Shown here piece after piece: positions 56,187 to 64,000 of a stretch of 64,000 bases of DNA. A program made the position numbers and the translations under genes. Source of the stretch: a virus. Position 1 is the stretch's first letter. Each line of letters begins with the position of its first letter. The notes under the pieces are model-generated. The model saw nothing but the letters and a program-made list of their open reading frames with translations, searched no databases and was not told where the DNA came from. The stretch is taken from positions 23,015-87,014 of the IMG/VR virus record IMGVR_UViG_3300013126_000016. The stretch is one strand, 5' to 3'.

Positions 56187-57503
56187 CTAGAAAGTACCGT
56201 AAGCCAAGTTAGATTGGATAATGAACTTATTAGATAGCTCACCTTCGTCACAAACATCCAGAATAGAAATCCAGTGAGGATAAATAACAACAGGTAGGAA
56301 AGCATCACCCATTTGCATAACGCGTCCTGGAGGTGCTGGAGGCTCGCTCATAGCCGAAGTACGAACAAAGATACCTGGGTTACCATTTGGAGATTCACCG
56401 CTACAATGATAAGTAAACCCTAAAGTAGCACTAGGATTATCAATAGCGTTACGAGCTACTAAGGCTACTTTATGAGCAGGCCAGTAAGTTTTAATTTTGT
56501 TATCTACTGGATCTCTGTACATACCATCTACTGCTGTGATACGCAAACCAGCAATAGAAGTAATTTCTCCGCCTGGGCCCATAGTAATATAAGTAGCGGG
56601 TGCCCCACCTGTGCTAGTTACAATATTTGCGTTACCAGCTACTGTGCTAGTAGGAGCGTTATAAACAAGAACACCAGGTACATTACTTAAAGATTTGATA
56701 TACTCGTTTTCCATTAAGATAGTGAGTAAATCAGTTGAAATAATAATGTCTGTAAAAGTGTTTTTATTAGTTTTTCGTAAATATTCTTTTAAGAGACGTA
56801 AGCCGTAGATAATATCAGCTTTAGGATCTGTCCAAGCTACTCCAGCACGTTGGTCAGTAGACTTAAACATTAAAGCTTCTTTACGACCTTTATTGTTTGC
56901 CAAAGCTTTAGCAGCAGTAAATCCAGTACCCGATACATTAGCTCCGGCTGTAACACTACTATCAAACCCATCGTATCTAAAATTGTTATGAACAGGAATG
57001 TTAGAGGAAACATTAATGCTAACACCTGTACGTGGGTCAGTGTAGTTAATACCACCTAATAGAGCTTTAGTAATAAAGAGGTCTTTAGTACGAGCGTGAC
57101 GGGCGACTAATTGTTGTACACGGCGTTGAACAATATCTTCTGGACGGTAAGCTTGGTTAAAAGTACCAGGCTGACGGAGTTGGTTAATGAGGTGTTGTTC
57201 AATAAAGTCATCTTCACGAACTACTGCGGGGCGAGCAGTGAATGCACGAATTCTATTTTGTTCTAAGAAACCACCGCTAGGTACACCAAATCGAACGATA
57301 GGCATAATACCTAAACCTTCGATGATTTGTTCTACAACGATAGTACGTTCAGGGATGTTGCGGTCGGGGAAAAACTCACCTAAAGGAGTTCTAGCAATCT
57401 GATAAAACGATTGCGCTAACATAGTTAGCTGTAGTGACCCTAATTGATACTCTTCCCCTATAAACTGATAGGGACTAGTACCTGCTTGAAATTCAATAGC
57501 CAT
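56187..57503 (-). CDS. Major capsid protein (phage cap E-like, HK97 fold)
   Basis: FFPD; PIVR.G; AL.GG.I.Y; W.DP.ADI; C-terminal FLPVV.YP. Follows the protease gene. Confidence 0.9.
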   Translation of the reverse strand: MAIEFQAGTSPYQFIGEEYQLGSLQLTMLAQSFYQIARTPLGEFFPDRNIPERTIVVEQIIEGLGIMPIVRFGVPSGGFLEQNRIRAFTARPAVVREDDFIEQHLINQLRQPGTFNQAYRPEDIVQRRVQQLVARHARTKDLFITKALLGGINYTDPRTGVSINVSSNIPVHNNFRYDGFDSSVTAGANVSGTGFTAAKALANNKGRKEALMFKSTDQRAGVAWTDPKADIIYGLRLLKEYLRKTNKNTFTDIIISTDLLTILMENEYIKSLSNVPGVLVYNAPTSTVAGNANIVTSTGGAPATYITMGPGGEITSIAGLRITAVDGMYRDPVDNKIKTYWPAHKVALVARNAIDNPSATLGFTYHCSGESPNGNPGIFVRTSAMSEPPAPPGRVMQMGDAFLPVVIYPHWISILDVCDEGELSNKFIIQSNLAYGTF

Positions 57504-57548
57504 ATTACTTCCTATAATTATTTATAAATATTTTTAAACTTATTAAAA

Positions 57549-58574
57549 TTAGATTCGTTTACCTTTAGTCATCTCAGCAAAAACGCGTTGGTTTTCTTTG
57601 ATGATATCTAAATAAGGATTAGGAATCTCTTCTGCTGGAGAGTTAGAAACTGGTTCAGAAGAACCTTGAACTTCCGAGAATTTTTGATGGTTTTCAGAGG
57701 ATAGTTCTGATAAACGAAGAAATTGAGCCTCGCGTTGTTCTTTAGACAAAGAGGGTAATAGGTCTGAAAACACGCGTTTTGTATCAGAAGAAATATTAAG
57801 GGATTGTACTTTTTCTAATAGAGAAGCAGTTGTTTGAGCTTCTATAACAGATTGAGCTTCTTTTAGTTGAGTTTCAGTCAGTTGTAGTTTTTGAGTCAAG
57901 TCTTCTACTTTTAAAGCCAAATCAGCGATTTGCTGAGCAACTTTATCAGAGAAAGCAACTGGGGTTTCAATAGGAGTATCCATAATAGTAGGTTCAGTCA
58001 TTGGAGGTTTATTAAAATCAAATAAAAAAGAAACAGATTTACCTTCTTCAGATTCTGAAAAGGTTTGGTGGACAGCTTGTACTCTAGGAAGCCCAGTAAG
58101 AAAAGGTCTATTAGTTAAAGCTGCACCTCTTAATACAGTACCTATAGATTCCCCAGTAGTTTTACTTTTAGCATTACGATAAAACTCCCCACTGGAATAT
58201 CTATAAGCGCCATCTTTAACGGTATTAAACACTTTATCATTTACAGGGTCAAAAAGACCAAATAAGGTATTATTATCTTGATAAAGGTCTTTTAAAAAAG
58301 CTACGGAAGGGGCTCCTTCTATAGAATCAGAGTCTGTAGGATGACCTGTGAATAGGGGGGGTTCGTAGCCAGTAGCTTTATCAGACCAGTTTTTTAAGAT
58401 ATCGTCAAAGTCTTTTTGCTTAAAAGAAACGTCCCCGTACTCAGGATGCACCCAATTACCTAAAACTGCTATAGGCACTTTGAGGTATTTAGTGTCTTCG
58501 CTATATAGTTCAGCAGATAAATTATATTTAGGTTCGATTGTTATAAGATTATTCATAGTTAGTCTATAGTACAA
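57549..58574 (-). CDS. Mu-like prohead protease with C-terminal scaffold
   Basis: G.W.HP.YG; GH; YRYSSGEF; LRGAALTNRPFL.GL; coiled-coil C-terminus. The start may be the second Met. Confidence 0.88.
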   Translation of the reverse strand: MYYRLTMNNLITIEPKYNLSAELYSEDTKYLKVPIAVLGNWVHPEYGDVSFKQKDFDDILKNWSDKATGYEPPLFTGHPTDSDSIEGAPSVAFLKDLYQDNNTLFGLFDPVNDKVFNTVKDGAYRYSSGEFYRNAKSKTTGESIGTVLRGAALTNRPFLTGLPRVQAVHQTFSESEEGKSVSFLFDFNKPPMTEPTIMDTPIETPVAFSDKVAQQIADLALKVEDLTQKLQLTETQLKEAQSVIEAQTTASLLEKVQSLNISSDTKRVFSDLLPSLSKEQREAQFLRLSELSSENHQKFSEVQGSSEPVSNSPAEEIPNPYLDIIKENQRVFAEMTKGKRI

Positions 58575-59095
58575 CCTTCAAGGGAGCCGTGTTTAAGCTT
58601 ATAGAGTTGTTTATATTTTTGATTAATATAAATAGCAGTAGCTTCTTTTAGTTCAAATTGTGGGCAGGATTCAACAGCTTCAGAATACAATTCTAGGTCT
58701 AAAGAAGGCTGGGGCTGGGGAGGCTCTGGAGGCTGTTCTGAGAGAGTTTCTGAGGAATCAGAGGGGAGGAGGGAAGAGGGAGGTGTATGGGAGTCACAGT
58801 AATAGACTGAGATAACACAGCAATCCCACTTAGAGCAATGAGCTTCTTGAGTAACAGGATTATAAGTAGAGAAAGCGCAATTACAGCAGCAATTAGCTAA
58901 ACGGTAGTTAGGGATGCAGCTTTGGGATTCCAAAATAGATTCTGGGGATTGGTATGGGTTATAAGAGGAATAGTCTGATAGTTTTAAGGTAGCCGCGCGG
59001 CTATCTTTAGTTTTATCAGGTTCTACCTCTGTAGTAGCTTCTGTCTTACCTAAGTCAGCACTTATTAAACTTTCTATTAATTCATTATCATTCAT
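58559..59095 (-). CDS. Cys-rich protein, possible HiPIP-like metal cluster domain
   Basis: PNYR..CCCNCAF-x10-CSKWDCC..V.YCD. Confidence 0.55.
   Translation of the reverse strand: MNDNELIESLISADLGKTEATTEVEPDKTKDSRAATLKLSDYSSYNPYQSPESILESQSCIPNYRLANCCCNCAFSTYNPVTQEAHCSKWDCCVISVYYCDSHTPPSSLLPSDSSETLSEQPPEPPQPQPSLDLELYSEAVESCPQFELKEATAIYINQKYKQLYKLKHGSLEGCTID
58986..59007. repeat. Dispersed GC palindrome copy AAGGTAGCCGCGCGGCTATCTT inside a CDS
   Basis: Exact 14-bp TAGCCGCGCGGCTA; 22 bp with one mismatch; read as DSRAATL on the - strand. Confidence 0.95.
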
Positions 59096-59099
59096 ATTT

Positions 59100-59699
59100 A
59101 TGCTGTCTAAATCTTTTTTATTAGCTTCTTACTTCTCTTATAATACTATTGAGCTACTTAGTTATACAAATATAGGTTCAATTTTAAAGGCTACGGTTAA
59201 AAACAAAAAATCTAATAAAACTGTAACTATAGATATACACTATAAAGATATTCCAGCAGTTTATTATAACGCGGTTAATATCTATTCAGCTCAAATAGAT
59301 CTACTAACTAAAACTTTTAACCCTAAGCTAGAATTGCCAGAAGCTGTTATCCTTTTGCTACTACAGACTAAAATAGAAGAGACTATAACAAAGACTAATA
59401 TCAAAAATAATATACTTAGATACACTATAGGTTATGAAGAAAAGGAAATAGAGTTAACAAATAGTGAGGAATTATATAATGAGCTTCTATTATGCAAACT
59501 ACTAGTAGAAGGCTATAAAATAGAAGAAATAAGAGGAAGTCACTTTAGGTTTATATCTCTAGAACAAAAAGAAACTATGACTACTACTCATAATTGCAGC
59601 TGTTATGAGTTTAATAGTATAAAAGATTGTAAGCATGTAAGAGCTGCTAGAGTAATAAGATTAAATAGAAGATTTATAACAGAGTTTATAAAGTATTAA
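59100..59699 (+). CDS. SWIM zinc-finger protein, antisense to the head operon
   Basis: C-terminal CSC.EF....CKHV; the ORF fills the gap between portal and the next gene almost exactly. Confidence 0.75.
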   Translation: MLSKSFLLASYFSYNTIELLSYTNIGSILKATVKNKKSNKTVTIDIHYKDIPAVYYNAVNIYSAQIDLLTKTFNPKLELPEAVILLLLQTKIEETITKTNIKNNILRYTIGYEEKEIELTNSEELYNELLLCKLLVEGYKIEEIRGSHFRFISLEQKETMTTTHNCSCYEFNSIKDCKHVRAARVIRLNRRFITEFIKY

Positions 59700-59704
59700 A
59701 AGAG

Positions 59705-61132
59705 TTATTTATCACGAGCTTTTATTTGTTTAGTAGTAGAGCCAGTAGAGCGACCGGGTTTACCGGAACCATTAGGGCCAACATCAGCGGGGCTAGTTTT
59801 TCTTCTTGGTTCTAATACTATGGAATCAATAAACTTACGGTCAGAAGATTCTAATCTCCTACTGGACAATCTAACCATTTGTCTTACTATATTCCAATCA
59901 TCATCATTAGTAGGATTCAAGTAACCTAACTCTGTTAGACCTTTTACCATTTGCATTGTAGCTACCCTGTCTTCTGACCGGTCAGAATATACTCTGGTAA
60001 AGTTAGGAGGTATTTTTGCTGAAGCTCTATTAAAATTCCACTGCACTAATAAAGTAAATACCTGTTTGATTAAAGCTGATGTTAAATGGTCTCTAGCTAA
60101 CTCCACAGAGTTATAAAACACTTCCATACGCCTTTCTATAGAATCTGGGTTTAGACCCAAACTGCGGTCTGAGACTAGGAAATAAGGAATTATGTGTCTA
60201 ATAGATTCTTGGTCTGCATACCAAATAGAATCTAAAAAGGTGTTAGCTACCATGTCACTTTGAGGAATGGAACCTACTTCGGGTTTAGCTCCATCTATAT
60301 TAAAGGGCAGCATCAAAGTAGTTTTAATGCCCTCATCACTATCTATTTGCTCTTTTAACAAGTCGAAAGTAGTAATAGGCTCTTCTTCCCCAGTAGAAGG
60401 ATTAACGCGGATTTGAGACGTAGGAGAGCTAGTAGAAGCTATCCAAGTAAGTCGATGGCCTGCTTTTTCTAGGTGTAGAACCATTAGGTCAATGATAGCG
60501 TTTTTAAGACGTTCCCATTTATAAGCTGGGGCTACTAGAGATTGACCGTAGAAATTACCGAAGTGAGATTCATTAGAGAGGTAAAGTACTTTCCAGAATT
60601 GGAGTTGTTTTTCAGCCACAGTAGAGCCAGCTACTGTTTGGTATATACCTGACTTATGATAGGCATCCCAGGTTTCTCCGTTTTCTACTAATCGTCCGCG
60701 TTTATCTGTATAAATAGTAATAGTAGAAGGATGATAGGTAACAATATCAGAGAGAGATAGAGTGCCGAAATCTAGTTTAAAAAGCAATTCAGAAACAGAA
60801 GCACCTGCCCAGCATTCAGTAAACTTAGCAGTTTTAAGACAATTTTTCCAGCTAACACCTAGAGTATCTTCCATTTTAAGAATGTTATTATTAAGAAAGG
60901 AAGCTATTTCAGGGTCTGGATGAGTTATCTGACCGATAGTAGAGATAATGTAATTGATGTAAGTATTAAGAGCCGTTCTGATAGTAAGGTCTTGCCGTGC
61001 TAAAGATTCGTAGAGGCGTAAACGAACGTTAGGTAAACGTCTAGCAAAAGTGAGAGCAGAGTGCATACCTAACTGAGTAAATTTACCCCTAGCAGAGCGT
61101 TTATCTGGGTAGGTGATATCTGTAGAGTACAT
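59705..61132 (-). CDS. Portal protein (Mu gp29/DUF935-like)
   Basis: G.SVSE; GNFYGQSL..PAY.W..K; L.KQVF..LV.WNF. 475 aa, upstream of protease and capsid genes. Confidence 0.85.
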   Translation of the reverse strand: MYSTDITYPDKRSARGKFTQLGMHSALTFARRLPNVRLRLYESLARQDLTIRTALNTYINYIISTIGQITHPDPEIASFLNNNILKMEDTLGVSWKNCLKTAKFTECWAGASVSELLFKLDFGTLSLSDIVTYHPSTITIYTDKRGRLVENGETWDAYHKSGIYQTVAGSTVAEKQLQFWKVLYLSNESHFGNFYGQSLVAPAYKWERLKNAIIDLMVLHLEKAGHRLTWIASTSSPTSQIRVNPSTGEEEPITTFDLLKEQIDSDEGIKTTLMLPFNIDGAKPEVGSIPQSDMVANTFLDSIWYADQESIRHIIPYFLVSDRSLGLNPDSIERRMEVFYNSVELARDHLTSALIKQVFTLLVQWNFNRASAKIPPNFTRVYSDRSEDRVATMQMVKGLTELGYLNPTNDDDWNIVRQMVRLSSRRLESSDRKFIDSIVLEPRRKTSPADVGPNGSGKPGRSTGSTTKQIKARDK

Positions 61133-61137
61133 AGTTA

Positions 61138-61572
61138 TTAAGAATAAACTTTACCAAAGGTAGAATTAGGGTTACCGAACTTGAGTTGAGAGTTGTACTC
61201 CATTTCCTTCATTTCAAGTTTACGTTCTTGTTCCCGGCGCTTACTTTCTTGGTCTCGAGCAATATTAGAGATTTCAAAAGAGAGAGCGCGGCGGATAACA
61301 TCAGGTAATCCATAAGTTTTAACAAAAGGGTCTTCCCGTAAACCTAACCAATCCAGAATGTCAATAGGTGAATATTGACAAAGAGCTATAAAGCTGGCTA
61401 TATCGTATTTCTTACTGTAGTATTCAGCTTCTTTATCTATTCCTAGCTGTCGTTTTAATACAAAGTTATCAGCTTCAGTTTGGGATTTAAAGAAAATGCG
61501 TATATTTATTGGGTAGTAAGAAGGGTAAGATGATAGTCTACCTCCTAATAAGATATTACTAGAGATAGGCAT
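61138..61572 (-). CDS. T portion of tail assembly chaperone GT (frame open from 61713, probably reached by -1 frameshift)
   Basis: The frame is stop-free back to 61713 and overlaps the upstream ORF across the G GGA AAG heptamer. Confidence 0.7.
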   Translation of the reverse strand: MPISSNILLGGRLSSYPSYYPINIRIFFKSQTEADNFVLKRQLGIDKEAEYYSKKYDIASFIALCQYSPIDILDWLGLREDPFVKTYGLPDVIRRALSFEISNIARDQESKRREQERKLEMKEMEYNSQLKFGNPNSTFGKVYS

Positions 61573-61616
61573 AGCAGGAATATATTGAGAGAAAGGCAGA
61601 TTACCTTTAGATATCT

Positions 61617-62387
61617 CTAAGCTAGAGAAAGCTGGTTGTGTGTAGTATCTTGTTTTTTCGACATAGCAGACTTGACTTTCCCACGCAAAGCTTTCTTCTG
61701 CTTTCCCCGCTTTTTAGCCTCTTCTGATTCACCTTCTTCTAACAAGAAGACATTGACAAAGATAGTAGATAAAAATTGTACAGTATCTATAAATTCATCA
61801 TCAAATAAACTAACAGGGTCTTTAGGTTGTTCAATAACTTTATTATCTACATGGGTAACACACATAGCCATCATATACTCATCTAAAGTACAACCATTTT
61901 CCTGGTTCCCTTTAAAATTAGTATCTGCTTTCCATTGTACTCCTGTGTTAGGTCTTTGGAATGTGTAACTACGTCCATTTGGAGTGATTGAACTGGGGAC
62001 TAAAACAGCAGGTTCTAAAGCTGAATTACGTTTTTCTGAAGCATAACTACGAGCTAACTTAGCCTGGTCATCATCTATAAAACAAGTTCCTATAAACTCT
62101 ATCATTGATGCTTGTCTATCATCTATAGGAAAAGGTTCTATTCTAGAGGGTATATCTTGAGAGTTTAATTCTATAGATTTACCGTCTTTAGAAATTTTTA
62201 CTAACATCAAAGAAAATAATAATTCCTCAACAGAATAGGGTGGCCTTTGTTCACCTTCTCTAGTTGGATATGGGTACAGTTTCTTAGCTTTTCTGTAATC
62301 CCCATAAGTCGGAACTTCATAAGAAACTTCTAATACTTTGTTAGGCAAGTCAGCCGCATCTATAACTATTACTGGTCTATTAGACAT
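61617..62387 (-). CDS. Tail assembly chaperone G with duplicated domain
   Basis: Two similar halves (EVPTYGD...EELLFSLMLVKI and QRPNTG...DEYMMAMCVTHVD); slippery site near the C-terminus. Confidence 0.7.
   Translation of the reverse strand: MSNRPVIVIDAADLPNKVLEVSYEVPTYGDYRKAKKLYPYPTREGEQRPPYSVEELLFSLMLVKISKDGKSIELNSQDIPSRIEPFPIDDRQASMIEFIGTCFIDDDQAKLARSYASEKRNSALEPAVLVPSSITPNGRSYTFQRPNTGVQWKADTNFKGNQENGCTLDEYMMAMCVTHVDNKVIEQPKDPVSLFDDEFIDTVQFLSTIFVNVFLLEEGESEEAKKRGKQKKALRGKVKSAMSKKQDTTHNQLSLA
61701..61707 (-). other. Programmed -1 frameshift heptamer G GGA AAG
   Basis: In X XXY YYZ register at Gly228-Lys229; same sequence as the lambda G/GT site. Confidence 0.8.
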
Positions 62388-62434
62388 ATAAGGTCTATTG
62401 TTTTAAGAGAGTTTAATCTACAATAAGTATACAC

Positions 62435-64000
62435 ATGAACCCAGATTATCCAAATTACCTACTAGATGAAACAGATTACCATTACGATACTGAAGATGTA
62501 AACGTAACTAGGAATGAAAATGAGGATACTCCTTATGCTTTAAGAGTCCAACAAGATCCTAGTTTAAGTATTGTAGCCTACAATTTTGGTAAGGGTAGTC
62601 CTATATCTCAATTTTTTGAGTCTATAGAAGAAAATGCTGTAGACCCTTATAAAGCAATTAAAAAACTCAGTACCAGCTTTTACCTAAAAGCTGAAAACTC
62701 CTCTTTAGCTGTTAGACAACTTTACTTAAATAGAACTATAGAAGCTCAAGCTAGTAAACTAGTTAGTGCTTTAGACTATTATGAGCAAAGAATGCAAAGA
62801 GCTGTTGCTTATAGAACTAATGAAGTCTACACAAGAAGTGCTTCTGCTGGAAGTGCAATAAACTATTCAGTAACACAAGATTTGTATAGAGCTCCTAGTG
62901 GTTTTATACCTAGACCTACTGAGTATGACACTTATTCTCTTTTTTCTAGTCAAGAAACTAGAAACTTAGAGCTAAAAATGTCTATGTTTCAGTTACAAGA
63001 AGTAAACACCGTTGCGGGTTTGGCTAATAGAACAGCAAGAACACAAATAGCAACGCAAGGATTTATAAATTCTGATAATTACAACAACTTACAAAGTCAA
63101 AATCGTGGTCTCAATCAATCTATTGGTATTACTATAGGTAATGAAGTTAGTAAAACAGCTTTAGAAAGAGTTAACAGAAATATTACAGTTTCTACTGTTT
63201 TAATGCCTGGGGGAACATCTTTTCACCCTAAAGTAGGTTATTTACAAGATCCAGATATACCCGACAATATAGAAGAAACTAATTCTAAAAGTGATGCTTT
63301 TAGAATAGCTTTTATCAGTACACAAAACATAACTGATACTCTTCCTAAAGCGCATACAGTAGAGGAAATGCTTATTTTTAGAACTACAAAAGGAAAGACA
63401 AACCCTTATAAAAATAAACTAATTGATGAAATCAAAGCAGTAACAGATTCTTTATTAGCAGCTGCTTCTGTAGCTACACCAGCAAATACTATAAGGGCAA
63501 CAGTAGCTTCTGACTTTAAATCACGAAGAACTTATTTACAGAATATTTACTCACAATATAACTACGGTATCTCAACAACTGGAGAAACTTTTGTAAATCC
63601 AGATCCAAGTGTTCTTATAAATGAAGAAATACACAATAAAATGGTAGAGATTGTAAATAGAGCTGCTTCAGACCCTACTAAAAAAGAAAAGGTAGTATTA
63701 TCAGTTCAATATATAGAAAATCTTTTTAGATATAGACAGAATCCATCTCCTACTCCTCAACAGTTATTATTCAATACAAGTGTACGACGACCTTTGTTAA
63801 ACAGTTTACAAACTTTAGCAGAAGAAGGAAGAGTAAAAATAGGAGTAACAGGTTCTAGTTTTGGTAACTCAATAGGGTTGTTTGCATTAATAGATGATCT
63901 AAATACACCTAATAGAATAACAGGAACACAGGAAAGACAAACTTTAGAGGCTTTATTAAAACATCACTCTTTCTCTTTATTACCTAGTAAATATGCTCAC
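62435..64000 (+). CDS. Large protein with tandem phospholipase D (PLD)-like domains, partial (runs off the window; absent from the ORF track)
   Basis: ATG at 62435, 522 codons with no stop seen. LKMSMFQLQ...FHPKVGY (HPK at 63224-63232)...AFISTQNIT...EEMLI; a second repeat VVLSVQYI...L..LAEEGRVKI ends at YAH. Confidence 0.75.
   Translation, partial: MNPDYPNYLLDETDYHYDTEDVNVTRNENEDTPYALRVQQDPSLSIVAYNFGKGSPISQFFESIEENAVDPYKAIKKLSTSFYLKAENSSLAVRQLYLNRTIEAQASKLVSALDYYEQRMQRAVAYRTNEVYTRSASAGSAINYSVTQDLYRAPSGFIPRPTEYDTYSLFSSQETRNLELKMSMFQLQEVNTVAGLANRTARTQIATQGFINSDNYNNLQSQNRGLNQSIGITIGNEVSKTALERVNRNITVSTVLMPGGTSFHPKVGYLQDPDIPDNIEETNSKSDAFRIAFISTQNITDTLPKAHTVEEMLIFRTTKGKTNPYKNKLIDEIKAVTDSLLAAASVATPANTIRATVASDFKSRRTYLQNIYSQYNYGISTTGETFVNPDPSVLINEEIHNKMVEIVNRAASDPTKKEKVVLSVQYIENLFRYRQNPSPTPQQLLFNTSVRRPLLNSLQTLAEEGRVKIGVTGSSFGNSIGLFALIDDLNTPNRITGTQERQTLEALLKHHSFSLLPSKYAH

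Noticed and set aside
57519-57530. T4-type late promoter TATAAATA before the capsid gene
   Set aside because: Expected by chance in AT-rich DNA, and not found in the right orientation before the sheath gene.
61676-61682. Second GGGAAAG in the chaperone gene
   Set aside because: It is in register GGG AAA G, not X XXY YYZ, so it is not a -1 slippery site in this frame.

Overview
A 64-kb piece of a large, AT-rich (roughly one-third GC by eye) contractile-tailed dsDNA phage genome, most likely a freshwater cyanophage: its thymidylate synthase, serine recombinase, NucA, amidase and Calx-beta sequences all look cyanobacterial. The left arm (1-13.9 kb, + strand) encodes a possible replication initiator, thymidylate synthase, primase, RuvC-like and PD-(D/E)XK nucleases, an HU-like protein, NrdB/NrdA and Dps. 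The - strand (13.9-62.4 kb) carries a large serine recombinase and a 5263-aa protein with two nucleases, five cell-wall enzyme domains and membrane segments. It also carries terminase, baseplate, tube, sheath, capsid, protease, portal, and a tail chaperone with a lambda-type GGGAAAG -1 frameshift. A + strand ORF with tandem PLD-like domains runs off the right end. The main signal not explained by genes is a dispersed GC-rich palindrome, consensus AAG(G/T)TAGCCGCGCGGCTA(C/A)CTT. It has five exact 12-bp cores and about 15 degenerate copies, inside and between genes, and local G/C skew inverts at the copies I counted. A perfect 36-bp AT-rich palindrome follows the Rep-like gene. All protein calls come from motif recognition by eye; no database search was run.
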